Assembly (NCBI RefSeq): GCF_009834535.1
Contig: NC_045725.1
Coordinates: 3,658,001-3,722,000 of the forward strand
Length of the DNA: 64,000 nt
Direction of reading: 5' to 3'
Origin: Camelus ferus
Taxonomy: Eukaryota
The translations under genes and the position numbers were made by a program. The notes under the pieces were generated by a model. The model was not told the DNA's origin. It saw nothing but the letters and a program-made list of their open reading frames with translations, and did not search any database. This document shows positions 24,801-37,145 of the stretch, one piece after another. How positions within the stretch are numbered: the stretch's first letter is position 1; every line of letters starts with the position of its first letter.

Positions 24801-25928
24801 TAAACTTCTCTCTGAAAACTGCCTGTGGAAGCATTAGCTTTAACAGTAGACTTTCACTGGTTTATGAGCTGGCGGTAAAATCCTAAAACCAGAAGCTCCT
24901 TCAGGAGGTACTAACACACCATTTACAGAAGTGCTGCCGTGAAAATAATATGTGGCAATGCAGCCACTGTAAATCCACACGCGCTCACGCACACAGCGCG
25001 TCGGCCCTCTGTTACTGTTTTCTCTCTAAGAGGACGTGCAAGACGCAGACACGGCCCTCCCGCCGGCCTTCCCAGTGTTCCCAGCCAACCCGCTCAGGAC
25101 AGAAGCCGTTGCACAGCAAGGGGGAGGGTCCCCGGGTGCTGTGCTCCGACGCCACTGGGCTGTTTGCAAGGATCCTACCAGTAGACACAGGAATATGTCA
25201 CCAGTGTCACTGCTTAACAATGGAATATGACAGCATCCATGCAACCGATCAGCATAAATCAACGTAACGCCCACTTTGCAGCATTGGTATCGAAAGCTTT
25301 TGTCCTGAAGTAGTAAGAGGAAAAAGACAGCCTATGATGAATTGTAATGATTTCGCTGGAATGCTAGCAGATGACTGTGGGACTCGCACGTGCATGGGAC
25401 CACACACTAACAAACACGTGGCAGCATCACAATCTCGGGCTGCTTTGTTCTCATTCCGGAAGCTCCGTCAGAACACATGCGTGGTTTCCCAAATGCGGCT
25501 ACCAAAGACCAGGCTAGCGTTATCTCACAACCCAAAACCCTTTGATGATCGGGTGACATAAAACTTTCCTGATACACTGAAGGCCGTTCCACGAGTCGCA
25601 CATATAATCCCTGAAGTTCAAACTACAGATAATCGTGCCTCACAGGGCCAACTTCGAAAAGCAAGAGAAGACAACTGCACCCTGAGTGGCGTTTCTGACA
25701 GCTGAGAGATGGGGGCTGCCGTGCAGGGGGATGAAGCAAGGTCGTACGCGCTTCCGACGGCAGTAAGCACGCTCTCCTTGCTTTCCTTCTTGTTGTTCGA
25801 AGCTGGCTTTAGAAAGAAAAATCATCCAATTATTCCCTTTGAAATGAATTTCTTCATTTTAGCCAATTGAGAACATGGAAGGACTTGAAAATGTACCAGG
25901 GAAGTATTCTTTATGCCAAACGATGAGG

Positions 25929-26600
25929 CTGGGCACATGTCCAGAGAAAATTCTAAATCAGAAAGAAGCGTGCAGCCCAGTGTTCACAGCAGCACTATGT
26001 ACAACAGCCAGACATGGAAACAGCCTAAATGTCCATCAACAGATGACTGGATAAAGATGACATGAGATAGACAGATCGATCAACCGATAGATAGATCATG
26101 GAATACTACTCAGACATAAAAAAGAATGACATACTGCCATTTGCAGCAACATGGATGGACCTAGAGATTATCTTATTGAGTGAAGTAAGTCAGAGAAAGA
26201 CAAATATCATCTGATATCACTTATATGTGAAATCTTAAAAAAATGATACAAATTCTATTTACAAACCAAAAACAGACTCATGGACATAGAAAACAAACTA
26301 TGGTTACCAAAGGGGAAAGGGTGGGGGAGGGATAAATTAGGAGTTTGGGATTAACAAATGCAAATTACTGTATATAAAACAGATAAACAACAAGGGCCTA
26401 CTATAGAGCACAGGGAACTGAATTAGATTTCTTATAATAACTACAGTAGAAAAAAATCTGAAAGGAAAATACATATATGTATGTATATGTATAACTGAAT
26501 TGCTTTGCTGCACACCTGAAACTAACACTGTAAATCAACTAAATTCAATAAAAAAATAAAATTAAAAAATAGCAAAACAAAAACCAAAACAACAAAAGAT
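25929..26600 (+). mobile_element. Cetartiodactyl L1 3' end, 5'-truncated, with A-rich tail
   Basis: ctgggcacatgtccagagaaaa...gaatactactcagacataaaaaagaatg...gggataaattaggagtttgggattaac...gtaaatcaactaaattcaataaaaaaa. Confidence 0.92.
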
Positions 26601-26892
26601 GGACTGAATGTCAGAGCAGCATTACTGAAAGGTGGTCCAGGGCCCGGCTCCCAAGGTTGTGAAAGGAGGGTCACACTTTCACATACAGCCTCCCTTGCTG
26701 GCCCACGCTGGCCAGGAACATGCGAGCAACCAAGGAATGAGCCCACTCCCCGGGGAGCAACGGTGCCCACATACCCAGGTGTTTCGTCGACCCCACCCTC
26801 CTCGCCGCCACTCCCGCCACCCTGAGCGCTGCAAAGAGAAAGACAAAGATGGTCCTTTTCCTTTGCAAAGCACTGCAATGATGAAATGATGG

Positions 26893-27090
26893 CTATATAT
26901 TGAGTCTTACTACAACCAGGGCAGAGTATTAAGCTCTTTTCTATATAATGTTTAATCCTTAAAATTACCCCGGGATATAGGTGTAACCCCATCTAACAGA
27001 TGAGAAAAAAATGTGGTCTGGAGAATTTCAGTAGCTGTCCCTTCCTCCCATAACACGTGTGCCAGCAGCTGGACTCGAGAAGGACCACGT
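26893..27090 (-). mobile_element. MIR
   Basis: tatattgagtcttactacaaccagggc...tttaatccttaaaattaccc...ccccatctaacagatgagaaa. Confidence 0.7.
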
Positions 27091-27181
27091 ACACGCTCAG
27101 GCACCGGGTGGCGCTGCCGTCCCCCGGGGACTTGGGTGGCTGTTTAGCAATAGTAGGAACTGGGCTGAGAGGTGTAATCCA

Positions 27182-27354
27182 GTTAATAAGTATTATTATT
27201 CAATATGCTGATTATTATTAATATCAATATGTTGAATAATAATTATTCAATAATCACTGAATATTCAGTTCAACATATTGAATATTCATATTCAATATTC
27301 AATAATCAATTCAATATATTAAATTGAATGATCATTATTCAATAATTATTGAAT
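27182..27354. repeat. AT-rich tract of chained short palindromes
   Basis: Perfect or near-perfect inverted repeats at 27232-27250, 27256-27269, 27279-27288, 27309-27329 and 27337-27354. Confidence 0.9.
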
Positions 27355-28550
27355 GCCAGCTACGTGCTCAGTGCTGAAAAGTAAAAAAGGAGACCATGAG
27401 ATGCAGTTCATCTTTTTCCCAGTCCTACAACCTTCACTTCCTAAGAGTCACACTTTTCGTAGGAGGAAAAAAAAATTCAAGCCCAATGACTTACTCTTCC
27501 TCCACTTCTGCAAGAAATCATCATGCAACTATTTTGGTACGACATGGAAGAAATTTGGCGAAGAGAAAGAAAAATATAGAAATGGTTTACCTTTTTTTAA
27601 TTGGATCACCTTTTAAAAAGTTAATTTCGACTTAGGTCTAAATACCTCAGAGAACAAAAACTCGGCACGTCTGAAAGATAACTGGCCATCACAGAAGCAT
27701 CCACGCTCCCGGGAGCACCTGCATCTGCGGGGAGGCGGGACGGCTGAGCACACGCAGACACTTTCTCTCACGTGAGCAGGTGCTCACAGCTCTGAATTCC
27801 TGAACCTGCAATTCAGTTCATACTTCCTTCAAGTCACCCGTTAGTAGGAATCTTGGCCAGCCTCCCAATTCAGCTGATACCTTCTCTCTTCCCTTCAGTA
27901 AGACTGAAATTGCCTAATGTAACCTTTTCAATAACAAAGCATCTACATTCCCACCAGTGAATTGCTCATCTTCTTGGCTAGGTCTCGGTCAAATCACCTT
28001 TATGATTCATACAAATTGCTACATGACACAGACACAGAAACTGGGATTTACTGTCAAGGGAGTTGAAAGAATCCAGCAGATGCTACAGGCTTTGATTTGA
28101 TTCTGGGGTGCAGACATACGGCTTCATGCTCTTCCCAGTTACGGGCACAAGCACAACAGGTACAATCCAAGGGCCAGGGATAAAAGTTGTTACTGTAAGT
28201 TATTAGGCCAGTAATTTCAGTCACCCCAAAAGTTCATTGTGCCCAATTTTAAGATTTTCCCGAAGTTGCAATGACAAGATTGATGATTTATGGGTTATTG
28301 GCTATCATGCAAGGATAATGAAAACAAATGCCTTGATTTGCGAATATGTATGCCAGCTTTATGCATATAAATAGACTTTAAAAATCCTATTGTGTTTTAT
28401 GGCTCCACATAAATAACAAAACAACCTCATGACTTGGAAATCGGGCAGGTGCATCTTAAGTGCTCCAATCAGACCACTTGGTTTCTCCATTAAACTCTCC
28501 CATTAATGCCAATCTATGAGCGATCCTGCTTGGGAAGATACAGGAGGAGA

Positions 28551-28692
28551 GGTGGGTGCTCCCCAGACATCACTGTGCTCAGGAATCACCCAGGAGTCCT
28601 ATTACAATACAGGGTCTGATTCTGCAGGTCCGTAGTGCTCCTGCGCAACTCCCAGGTGATGCTGTGGTACATGGACCACCATTTGAGTCGCA
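28551..28692 (+). mobile_element. MER5A (hAT-Charlie), internally deleted
   Basis: ggaatcacccaggag...tctgattctgcaggtc...aactcccaggtgatgctg...ggaccaccatttgag. Confidence 0.7.
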
Positions 28693-29029
28693 GAACATTG
28701 GACTTCTCGATGCTCCTGAAGGTCCTATCTCCACCTAAATCCTTGATGGAATGATTCAGACGCAGGAGAAAAGAAAGAGCTACTATCGCTATAAAAAAAT
28801 AAGCTATTTGAAGATACCTGCAGGGTGTATTTAAGGAAGCATGGTTTAAATAAAGCGTGGTAAGAACCTCTTGTAATTGCATGGGTTTGCGATGCTTGTT
28901 TAATTCTGGGACCCCAGTTCCGTGAGGGTTCTCATTCACCCCTTCACCTTCCAGAGAGCTGGCACTCTAGATCTGGATGAAAAGACTCATCATAAAAGCT
29001 ATTTTTACACACTAGCAAAAATGCTTCTG

Positions 29030-29087
29030 CTCCCCCACCTCCTCATCTTCCTCCTCCTCCTCCTTTTCCTCCTCCTCCTTCTTCTTA
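29030..29087. repeat. Imperfect (CCT)n microsatellite
   Basis: Direct inspection. Confidence 0.85.
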
Positions 29088-31439
29088 ATGACTTTTTCAG
29101 GGAGGAAGGATTTTTTAATTGAAAACTCCTGACTACCTTTTCCAGCAGAATCAGCATGTAAATTACTCAGTGTGATTGACAGGTGACTGCACTGTACTGA
29201 GCTCTTCGGCAGAGCAGCAGCTCACAGCCTTGGGTGTCAACACCAAGAGCGCTCCTCTCCAGAACCATGACCTTCCTTCAAGGAGCGGGCGGCAGCGGCC
29301 CCGCCCCAGGGAGCTCCCCAACAGTCACTCGGAGCCAGTGGGCTGCTCAGACAGTAAATCCACCCACTGGGAAGCCATGGGTGAGGATGAAGACCTGGGG
29401 CATTTACGAAACGTTATACAACATCTTCTCATTTAATTCCAACTTCAGATAAAAATGTGTTCCCTGGTCTTATTAGTTCAAACCTTCAGACCAACATTTT
29501 GTGAAATTCCGTCGTGGCAAACCCCCGTCTCTCAGACTGCGCACCTCCTTTTCTGAATGCCTCCACCCCTGCTTTTGGACAACCATTTCCAAAGGATCAG
29601 GCTGCACCACACACGGGCAGATTTACATTCAATCTTAAAGTAGCAAACTACTTAATAAATCACAAACTTCCAAAGCCACTAGGTGAATCACGTTAGTTCA
29701 ACTTTGGCAATGCCCACATTTTACTCACAAAACGCACACACGCACAAATTAATTTAAAATAGGATATAACATAATATTGAACTTATGCAAATGAATATTG
29801 ACATAAAATTTGGTTAGTGTTTGAAAGACCTGGAGAGGTAAATAACGTCACACTCTACTCTCTTAACCTTACTTGAATAAAATATATTTTAATTTTTCGC
29901 CCTAAATTTTCCCCAACTCATTAAAGTTTCATTATTTCTTTAATATCCTCAAAAACATTTATTTCATAAAGCTTTTTTTTCCTAAAAGGCTTCTCTTTTC
30001 ATCTTAAAATGCATGAGTGCCAGGAAGTTCCAATTTTATCTCGGTATTGACTTTTATGTTGATGAATATGCTTTTCTTTCTCTTCTCCTTTATTTGTATA
30101 GAAATCACATGATACAGCTTTCCTTTCTTTTTGATTAAAATGTTATATTTGATTTTCCAGGAATAAAGTAGTTCACACAGACCAAAGTAAGACAAAAGTT
30201 TGAATCTGGAAAACAGCCAGATGGACCAACCAAGCAATATAGAAAAACTCTAAATCAGCAGGAACCATAAATCAGTCACGCCACTCAAATTCACATTTGT
30301 AATGTAATTTATTTTTGAGAGAATTTACAACTATGCAAGCTCCACTATTTATTAGGTAAGGGAGGGATCTGAGGGAAGTATTTATGTCTTACTAATTCTT
30401 TTTATAACCTATTAATTCAGACAACTTATAACATATAAACAATCTCAGCTGCATTACCTAAACTTGGCAAATCACGCTGTGGATTCAGACACCAAGTTAG
30501 GTGGACTGATGGCCTTTTCAACACTTTCAGCCCTGAGATGCTGCAACTCGACTGAGAAAATGCTCTGAGGTAGAGAGAGGCCTGCCAGCAGGGTGGAAGG
30601 TCAAGTGCAGTATCTGAAATGACCCTCCTTCCTAGAGAAAACTTGGCACTTGGAGAAACTAGAAAACTGCACAATTTTTATAATGCTTTTTTAAAATTGC
30701 ATTTGTATCCTAAAACAAAAGCTATAGTCCCTTTACTTCTTACTTAAAATTACACGTTTATTTTTCTAAATTCTGATCCTCCAGAGCAATTCTATTATCT
30801 TTTATCCAAGAACCGTCTCGTGGAGATCACTGTAGATTAAAATGTACTGTCAAATATGTTAATGGCGTTTCTTCCTTGAAGTTGGAGAGCTATCAGCGCC
30901 AGAGGGGAACATTCCTGGATGCCAGGATATGGCCCAGATAATTTCTGGAAATACCTTCTATTTTTCACCCAGGTCGTATTTTATTTTTATTATATATGAA
31001 GTTTTCATAGCAGAATAGAACACATAGAACACGATGGTGTATGACCATCTTCTTTGGTTCCTAACAAACTAGATCTGCACTGTGCTGTTTTGTTCTATCT
31101 AGTGATATGAGAAAAGAAATGTTTGGTTTTTAATTATATACATGTGAGATTCAGCAGGTACTGGAAGTGATATTTTAAGCTCCCTCAGCTTTGTTTCAAG
31201 GTTTGAGTGTGTTAATTCCTATGCAAATCGTTCTGTGGCAGAGTTCACTGTCACACTGATGCTGGAGAAAGAAACTTCCATCTATTCGTTCAAAGAAAGA
31301 GAAATTCTGGGAGAGTGGGTGAAAATTAGGGAGGCAAATCAAGACAAGACCTTCTTCTGAAGCCCCAAATCTTTTAACGCTAAATTTCATGGCACAGACT
31401 CATTGTGTAAGGGTAGGTGTGACTAATGTCAGATAAGAA

Positions 31440-31620
31440 ATGCACAGCATGGACCAAATTCTTCGCTAGAATCGCAGACGACAGCTAACGGAGAGCCACC
31501 GTGCTGGGAGACGGAACTATCCAGTGGCTGCTGCACACGGGCCAGCTGTCCGTCGAGCAGAGCTGAGCTGTTTGCAGATCTAACATACCTTTTGAGAAGC
31601 AACACAGGTGGGTCTAGGAA
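31440..31620 (+). mobile_element. Possible CR1/L3 RT remnant
   Basis: gaatcgcagacgacagctaacggagag resembles the CR1 FADD region (aatttgcagatgacacaaagctggg); the downstream similarity is weak. Confidence 0.3.
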
Positions 31621-34600
31621 GGGATGTGGGTGTTTTACTAATGAGCATCATATCTTCCTACATAATCAGCGTCATGAGTGCTTTGAGGGTCTTCAGCTAC
31701 CATGAGGTTTAGAGATGCTGCTCACTCGTCCCCTGTTGATCTGAATCCAAACTCCGAATCCCAGAATCAACGATTGATTAAACAAATTCTTTCAGCCCTG
31801 CAGATAGTCAGGATTAAAGTTTTAGCAAAGGCTCTGGAAGTGTTAAAACCAATTTAAATGGTACAACAGGTGGGCAGTAGGACGGGAGGTGGAAGGTGGG
31901 AGAGGTGCAAGAGGAAAGAAGAGCAGACGGAGGCGGAGGCACCGCCCATTTACACCATCTTTCTGCCCCAAGACGCCTTTTCAGCTAAACGCTCCCCTGC
32001 AGTCTTGGCTGAAGACAGCTGCGGTTATCTGGTATACCCCTGTCCGCCATCACAAACCATCTTCCTGCTGCTGCTCAGAATGTGAATCACCTGAAAATGA
32101 TGGCCTTCTCGGTGCTCAGCACCACTTTCTGAATGTGACTGCCCAACCATCTAACAACTAAATTTCCGTTAATGGTGTCTACCTTTTCTTAAAGTTCCAG
32201 GAAACTGCTAACCAAAAACGTTAACCTAATCACTGAAGTTAAGACCACGGACAGTACTTTGGCTTTTACAATGAGAGAAAATATTTGGACACCAAATTTG
32301 TGATCAGTTCTGTTTTCCTTCTCTTCAGAGACCTTTCAGAAGAACAGGAAGAGCTCCCCTGTGTGAGTTGTGGGTCTTCTATGATCCACTCTCTTGTGAA
32401 AATTCATATGGCCTCTATTTGGCTGTTAACATCCGAGAGAAAAAAAAATGCCTTTTTAATTTCACTTTTCTTTTCCAATAGTAATTTATGACTCTTATAT
32501 ATTGCCTGAATAGTTTTGCAGAGGCAAAAATAAAAATACAACTTTTTAAAAGCCATTAGTGTTTCCAAGAAACAACTTGGAAACAGAGATGGAGTTGGTA
32601 TCTGAGACATCCACTTCCCAACCTCTTCATTTCATTCTAAAAATTACACGGGAGAAAACATACTTTCAATTTTAAAAAAAGTTGTTGGCCTTCGGTAACG
32701 TTTTTTTCAACCAGAAGGTCATTTTCCCACACTTTCCTAGCACCCTCTCTCCCTGCATCAGTGGCCACTGCTGGCAGGGGCAGCAGCCAGAAAGGCAAGC
32801 GTGAGGGTCGATGCCAAAGGACAGCTGGCTGAAGGGGATTCTTGCATTTGTACAAGACAAAGCGAGCTTTGGGTGACCATCTGGGGGCCTCCTGAACTCT
32901 TGGGGCTAGAACTACAAGTGCTGATCCTGAGGTCACCTTCAGGTCGTGTTCTGGAAGGAAACAGGGAGAGAAGAGGAGTAAGGTCCCAGTTCCTCAAGTG
33001 CCACCAACTGCTCTCAGGGCTCAGGTCCAGGGGGAGAAGGTTAAGTGTAGAGACTATCAATGATTACCTTTCTCAGGCCACAGTCAGACCCTAATGGGCT
33101 AAAATTTTGTATCGAAGATGCCTCTATGCCAATCCAGTAAGAGTCCATTTACTTAAATAAGTTTCTCCACAGAAAGACCCTGAGAAAAAAGAAATTGCAA
33201 AGGTCTAGCAAATAAATTGAATATAACATCAGTATCATAGAGCAGAACTCACTGAGTATGTGCACAGAAGTATCTCTTTACATGTTTGCTAGTGTATTAG
33301 CCTTCTAAGCATTTATAATTAAAAAATAATCATTACATTTTAATACCAAATAGAAAAAAATTTTTTCAAATTTTTATGTTTATAAAAATAATAAACTGGA
33401 AATATACATCCCTTAAGCATTAACTTTAATTTCAAAATAATTAAAACTAAATTCAATGTAGTCAAATCAATCATAAATCAATCATCAAAATCAAAAATAA
33501 AGTCAATGTAGTAAAAGTTTCTATTGATTATCCACAACTCTCTAGAAGCCTTCAGAATTTACTAACTGGTTCTAAGAGAACATGTAGCTCAAACTCAAAG
33601 CTACTATATGTTACATTGCTCAGTTAACAGGTTTGAACCATGACATGGGTGTAAGTCAGCAATGCTATAAATACGGTGGCTATATTTGGTGGTCAAGTGG
33701 GATCTCCGTTTTTACTCGGCAGAAGTTGGAGACTTTGGGTTTTGTTTTACTCAACATTGATAATTTTGCAATCTGCAAAAGTGTAAACTATTAGAAGTTC
33801 TCCTATGCCACGTACCGGTGTAAAGAAGGCATTTTCTGCATCTGGGTGAATGGTCTGTGGCAGAGAGCGAAGGGCAGAGGGAAGGCTCGCCGAGAACTCG
33901 GAGGCACAGAGTCATGGTCAACGCCTGCTTGAATGCTTCCTGGGATTTGTAACCTACACGAAACGAACGTGTATATCCAAGGTCAGAAATGTTTCCTTGC
34001 TTTCTAAATAATTCAGAATAATCCAACTCTTAACTGTTTAGTCAAAGGAATTGAAACAGGTCACTTAGAGCAAACAAAACTTAGATTGGTGCCAAGTGTC
34101 AGGGGAGCCTTGTGGAATTACATGCTGTCGGAACCACTACGGTACCTTCTAAAGCTTTCACCATGCAGACCTCAGGGACCCAGATGAACCAGGCCCTCTG
34201 GCTAATGAGCCCTTGGTTTGAACCTAGGAGGGTGTTGAGGGGTGGACAGCAGATAAAGTTCTTGAATGTTCTCATTCAAGAGCCTTTTTTTCTTGACTAT
34301 CTTTCCCTACGAACCTGAGGATGTGCATCCTTTTTGACCTTTAGAGCACAGCCGGGGATGATCTGGTTCTCAGGCTTGGCTGCCTGAATTAAGCAATGGA
34401 GCTCGGAGAAGAGTTAACTGTGCATTTTAGAGCGAATTTGTCCCCCGGTCATTTATCAACCTCTTGCTTTGTCCCAGTGACGCCTGCATATTCACACAGT
34501 ACTAGCACATTCTCATGGATCTGAAAAAAAAGTCAGTTTTCCAGGGATAAATAGATAACTCTTTGCTCTGAACCCTGGGAGCCGGTGGGCCTGCATTGCT

Positions 34601-34979
34601 CTGTGTGCCCAGGTGCATGAAAAATGTACGTATGCCCGGCGGAACGTCGACAGTCAGACAATGCCACCCACAACTTTCCCATCATGATTTGCTACCTGTC
34701 CCCCCAAAACCCAGAAACCTGGGCTCCTGGCCAGAAGTAAATGAGCAGAACAAATGAAAGAAAGAAGTAACGCCTTTGTCGCATTTATAGTCTGTGGTCT
34801 AAGCAGAAGCAGGAAATACCAGAAATTTCCAAGAGAGGAGTCGTTTCCAGGAGATTTTTCAGACTAATTTTGCATAACCACGTTTGCTTATCCAAGAGAC
34901 TTAGACAGTTTGAATTAAGCATCTGAACTTCTGGGTGCTCATTTGAACCAAAGCCAAACTCTGAACTTTTCAGGTTTCC

Positions 34980-35360
34980 CTGTCATTAATCAAAATTTCG
35001 AAGATCAATGGCACGTAATGAATCAAGCGTAACAGCCGCCATCAACGGGGACGGCCAGGAGCCGCCCAGGGGCTGGCGGCGCGCTCCGGGGGCCGGGCCG
35101 CCTCTGAGCGCCAGGCGCGTCCGCGGCCACCGGGCACCCAGAAGGCCGGCCCGCCCGCCAGAGCCGCCCTGCCCGGAGCAGGCAGAGAGGCGGGCGGCTC
35201 CCAGCGCCCCCGGGGGAGGCGGCACCGTGCCTCTCACGTGCTGCCTGGCATCTTCGCTTCTCACGGGCCCCCCTGCGCTCACCAGCTCTGACGCCCCTCC
35301 CGCCGGCCCACAGAGTTATTCAAACGCGCCAGTCGCGCCGTCCCCCAGGATGCGGGGGCA
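34980..35360. promoter_or_regulatory. CpG island-like patch preceded by a MEIS/PBX-HOX motif block
   Basis: About 42 CpGs in 35021-35360 by hand count. CTGTCA at 34980, TGATTAAT (reverse) at 34985-34992, TGATTCAT (reverse) at 35018-35025. Confidence 0.6.
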
Positions 35361-36593
35361 CCCCTCCCCTATGGCACTGCAAAGCCCGCCTCCCACTCTT
35401 TGCTCACAAGTGCAGCTCCCCTGAAGCCCTGCGCGATGTGCAGTGTCTTCTTCTGGGGCTGAGGAGACGGTGAACGAACGAACTGTTTCATTTCAGCTGT
35501 TCAGTCTTGGGTGCTATGTATTTGACCATCTCATTCTATGTAAGGTAGGGGACTCCCTTCCTCCCAAATGGGGTAAAAGGAATTAGTCAGGCGAGGCGGA
35601 GGTGTCAGGAGGGTACAATTGTGCAAATCGGCGGACATCTGCAGAAGGGTTTCAGAAGTATGAGCTAGGGAAAATCGCTGACCCAGGGATATGTAAAATA
35701 TGGCTCAGATCTCTCCTTGTGTGATGGATGTGCGTGTATGTGCGTGTGTTGTGCACACCCAAGGGAAGCTGCCCTATCAAGGGGCAGAGTCTGAGCCCGC
35801 ACGCACCTGCCGCACCCCTGCTCTCCACACAGCGCGCCCCCGGAGCACTAGGCCTGCAGGGTGCGAGGGCTGTGATGAAAAACACAGCACCCCTGGTCAA
35901 ACAGGTTTGAGAAATGCTGACTTGAACAAACTTCAACAAATTTGTTGTTAATGTGCATTTTAAACCATCCCATTTATTTGTAGGACCAATGTTCCAAAAA
36001 CAATACTCTGGCAAATGCCAGTCTCTATAATGACCTTTGTGCTTAAGATAATAATTCAAAAAGGAAGTAATAGAACATATTCTTGACCCACTCCCCATTC
36101 TTCCCCATAAATAAAATTTACTTGGCATACGTTTAAAAAGGAGTAAAAAGGAAGCCATTATAAGGTGTCCATGAAGAAGCCTTTTTTCACCCCAAATGCT
36201 GCTGCACTCCCCACAGGCGCCGTTCTCCCACTAACTAGATACACAGTATCTCCAAAGAATGAACACTATTTCCTCTCTCGGTCCATTTTTCCCAGTGAGA
36301 ACTATGTGAATCCCCATGAACCCAAATCAAAAAGAACTGAGCGAGAACTAAGAGCAGCATCTAACGAAAACATGGTTCCTTCTGACGTGTAAGCAGACAT
36401 AGAGTGCTGGGTAATAAATATTTTAACGTCTGCTTTGGAAATTCCAGTCTATTTTTATTTGGAATAGACGATTCATCATATTGCTTTTGTTTAAAATGAG
36501 ATTACAGAACGCTCATTTTAAAATTTTATGATTCTAAAACTTTCCAAGATAATATTCTTGGAGAATTTCTTTACCAAAGTAATATTGAAGTCA

Positions 36594-36683
36594 TAGATTG
36601 ATTAGATAGATCCAGATAGATAGATAGAGGAAAGGAGGAAGGGACGGAGGGAGGGAGGGAGGGAGGGAGGTAGATAGATAGAT

Positions 36684-36722
<39 letters not shown>
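36594..36722. repeat. Compound microsatellite (GATA)n-(GGGA)n-(GATA)n-(GACA)n
   Basis: Direct inspection. Confidence 0.95.
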
Positions 36723-37027
36723 GAAATAATAAGCGACATGGCAGAGAATTGGCGTCACCTAATGCAGAGAAGGTAAATTTGATGTTCTAGATCCCAGTGA
36801 GACCCACTCATTGTCAAGATAAAGACCATTTACTCTAAAGAGATCTACGGACCATTTTGTTAAAGAATTTGTCAATTGAATTTTAGATAAGTTTGTGTAT
36901 TTTTAATGATTAAATTCCAAGTTGACTTTTTTTTACCAGTTCATATCCTTACTACACTGATTAATGGAGAAAAATACTGCATACACCAGCATCAGACAAT
37001 TCATCACAGCACTTTTACAGCTAAAAT

Positions 37028-37145
37028 AACTCAGTCACTCAGAAATTACTAAGCAAATACCATTAAACATTTAGCATCATGCTAAATATTAGGGACAAAG
37101 ACGTGATTCACACATGGTCCTTGTCCTCAAAATTTATAGCCTATC
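37028..37145 (-). mobile_element. L2 3' end
   Basis: ctcagtcactcagaaattactaagc...agggacaaagacgtgattcacacatggtccttgtcctc. Confidence 0.6.

Noticed and set aside
32115-32258. REST/RE1-like half-sites (ctcagcacca at 32115; accacggacag at 32244)
   Set aside because: The halves are ~120 bp apart and the second matches only ~14/21 of the RE1 consensus.
37069-37087. 19-bp hairpin atttagcat-c-atgctaaat
   Set aside because: Isolated, inside an L2 remnant, and too short to be a miRNA precursor. Likely chance or a single local template switch.
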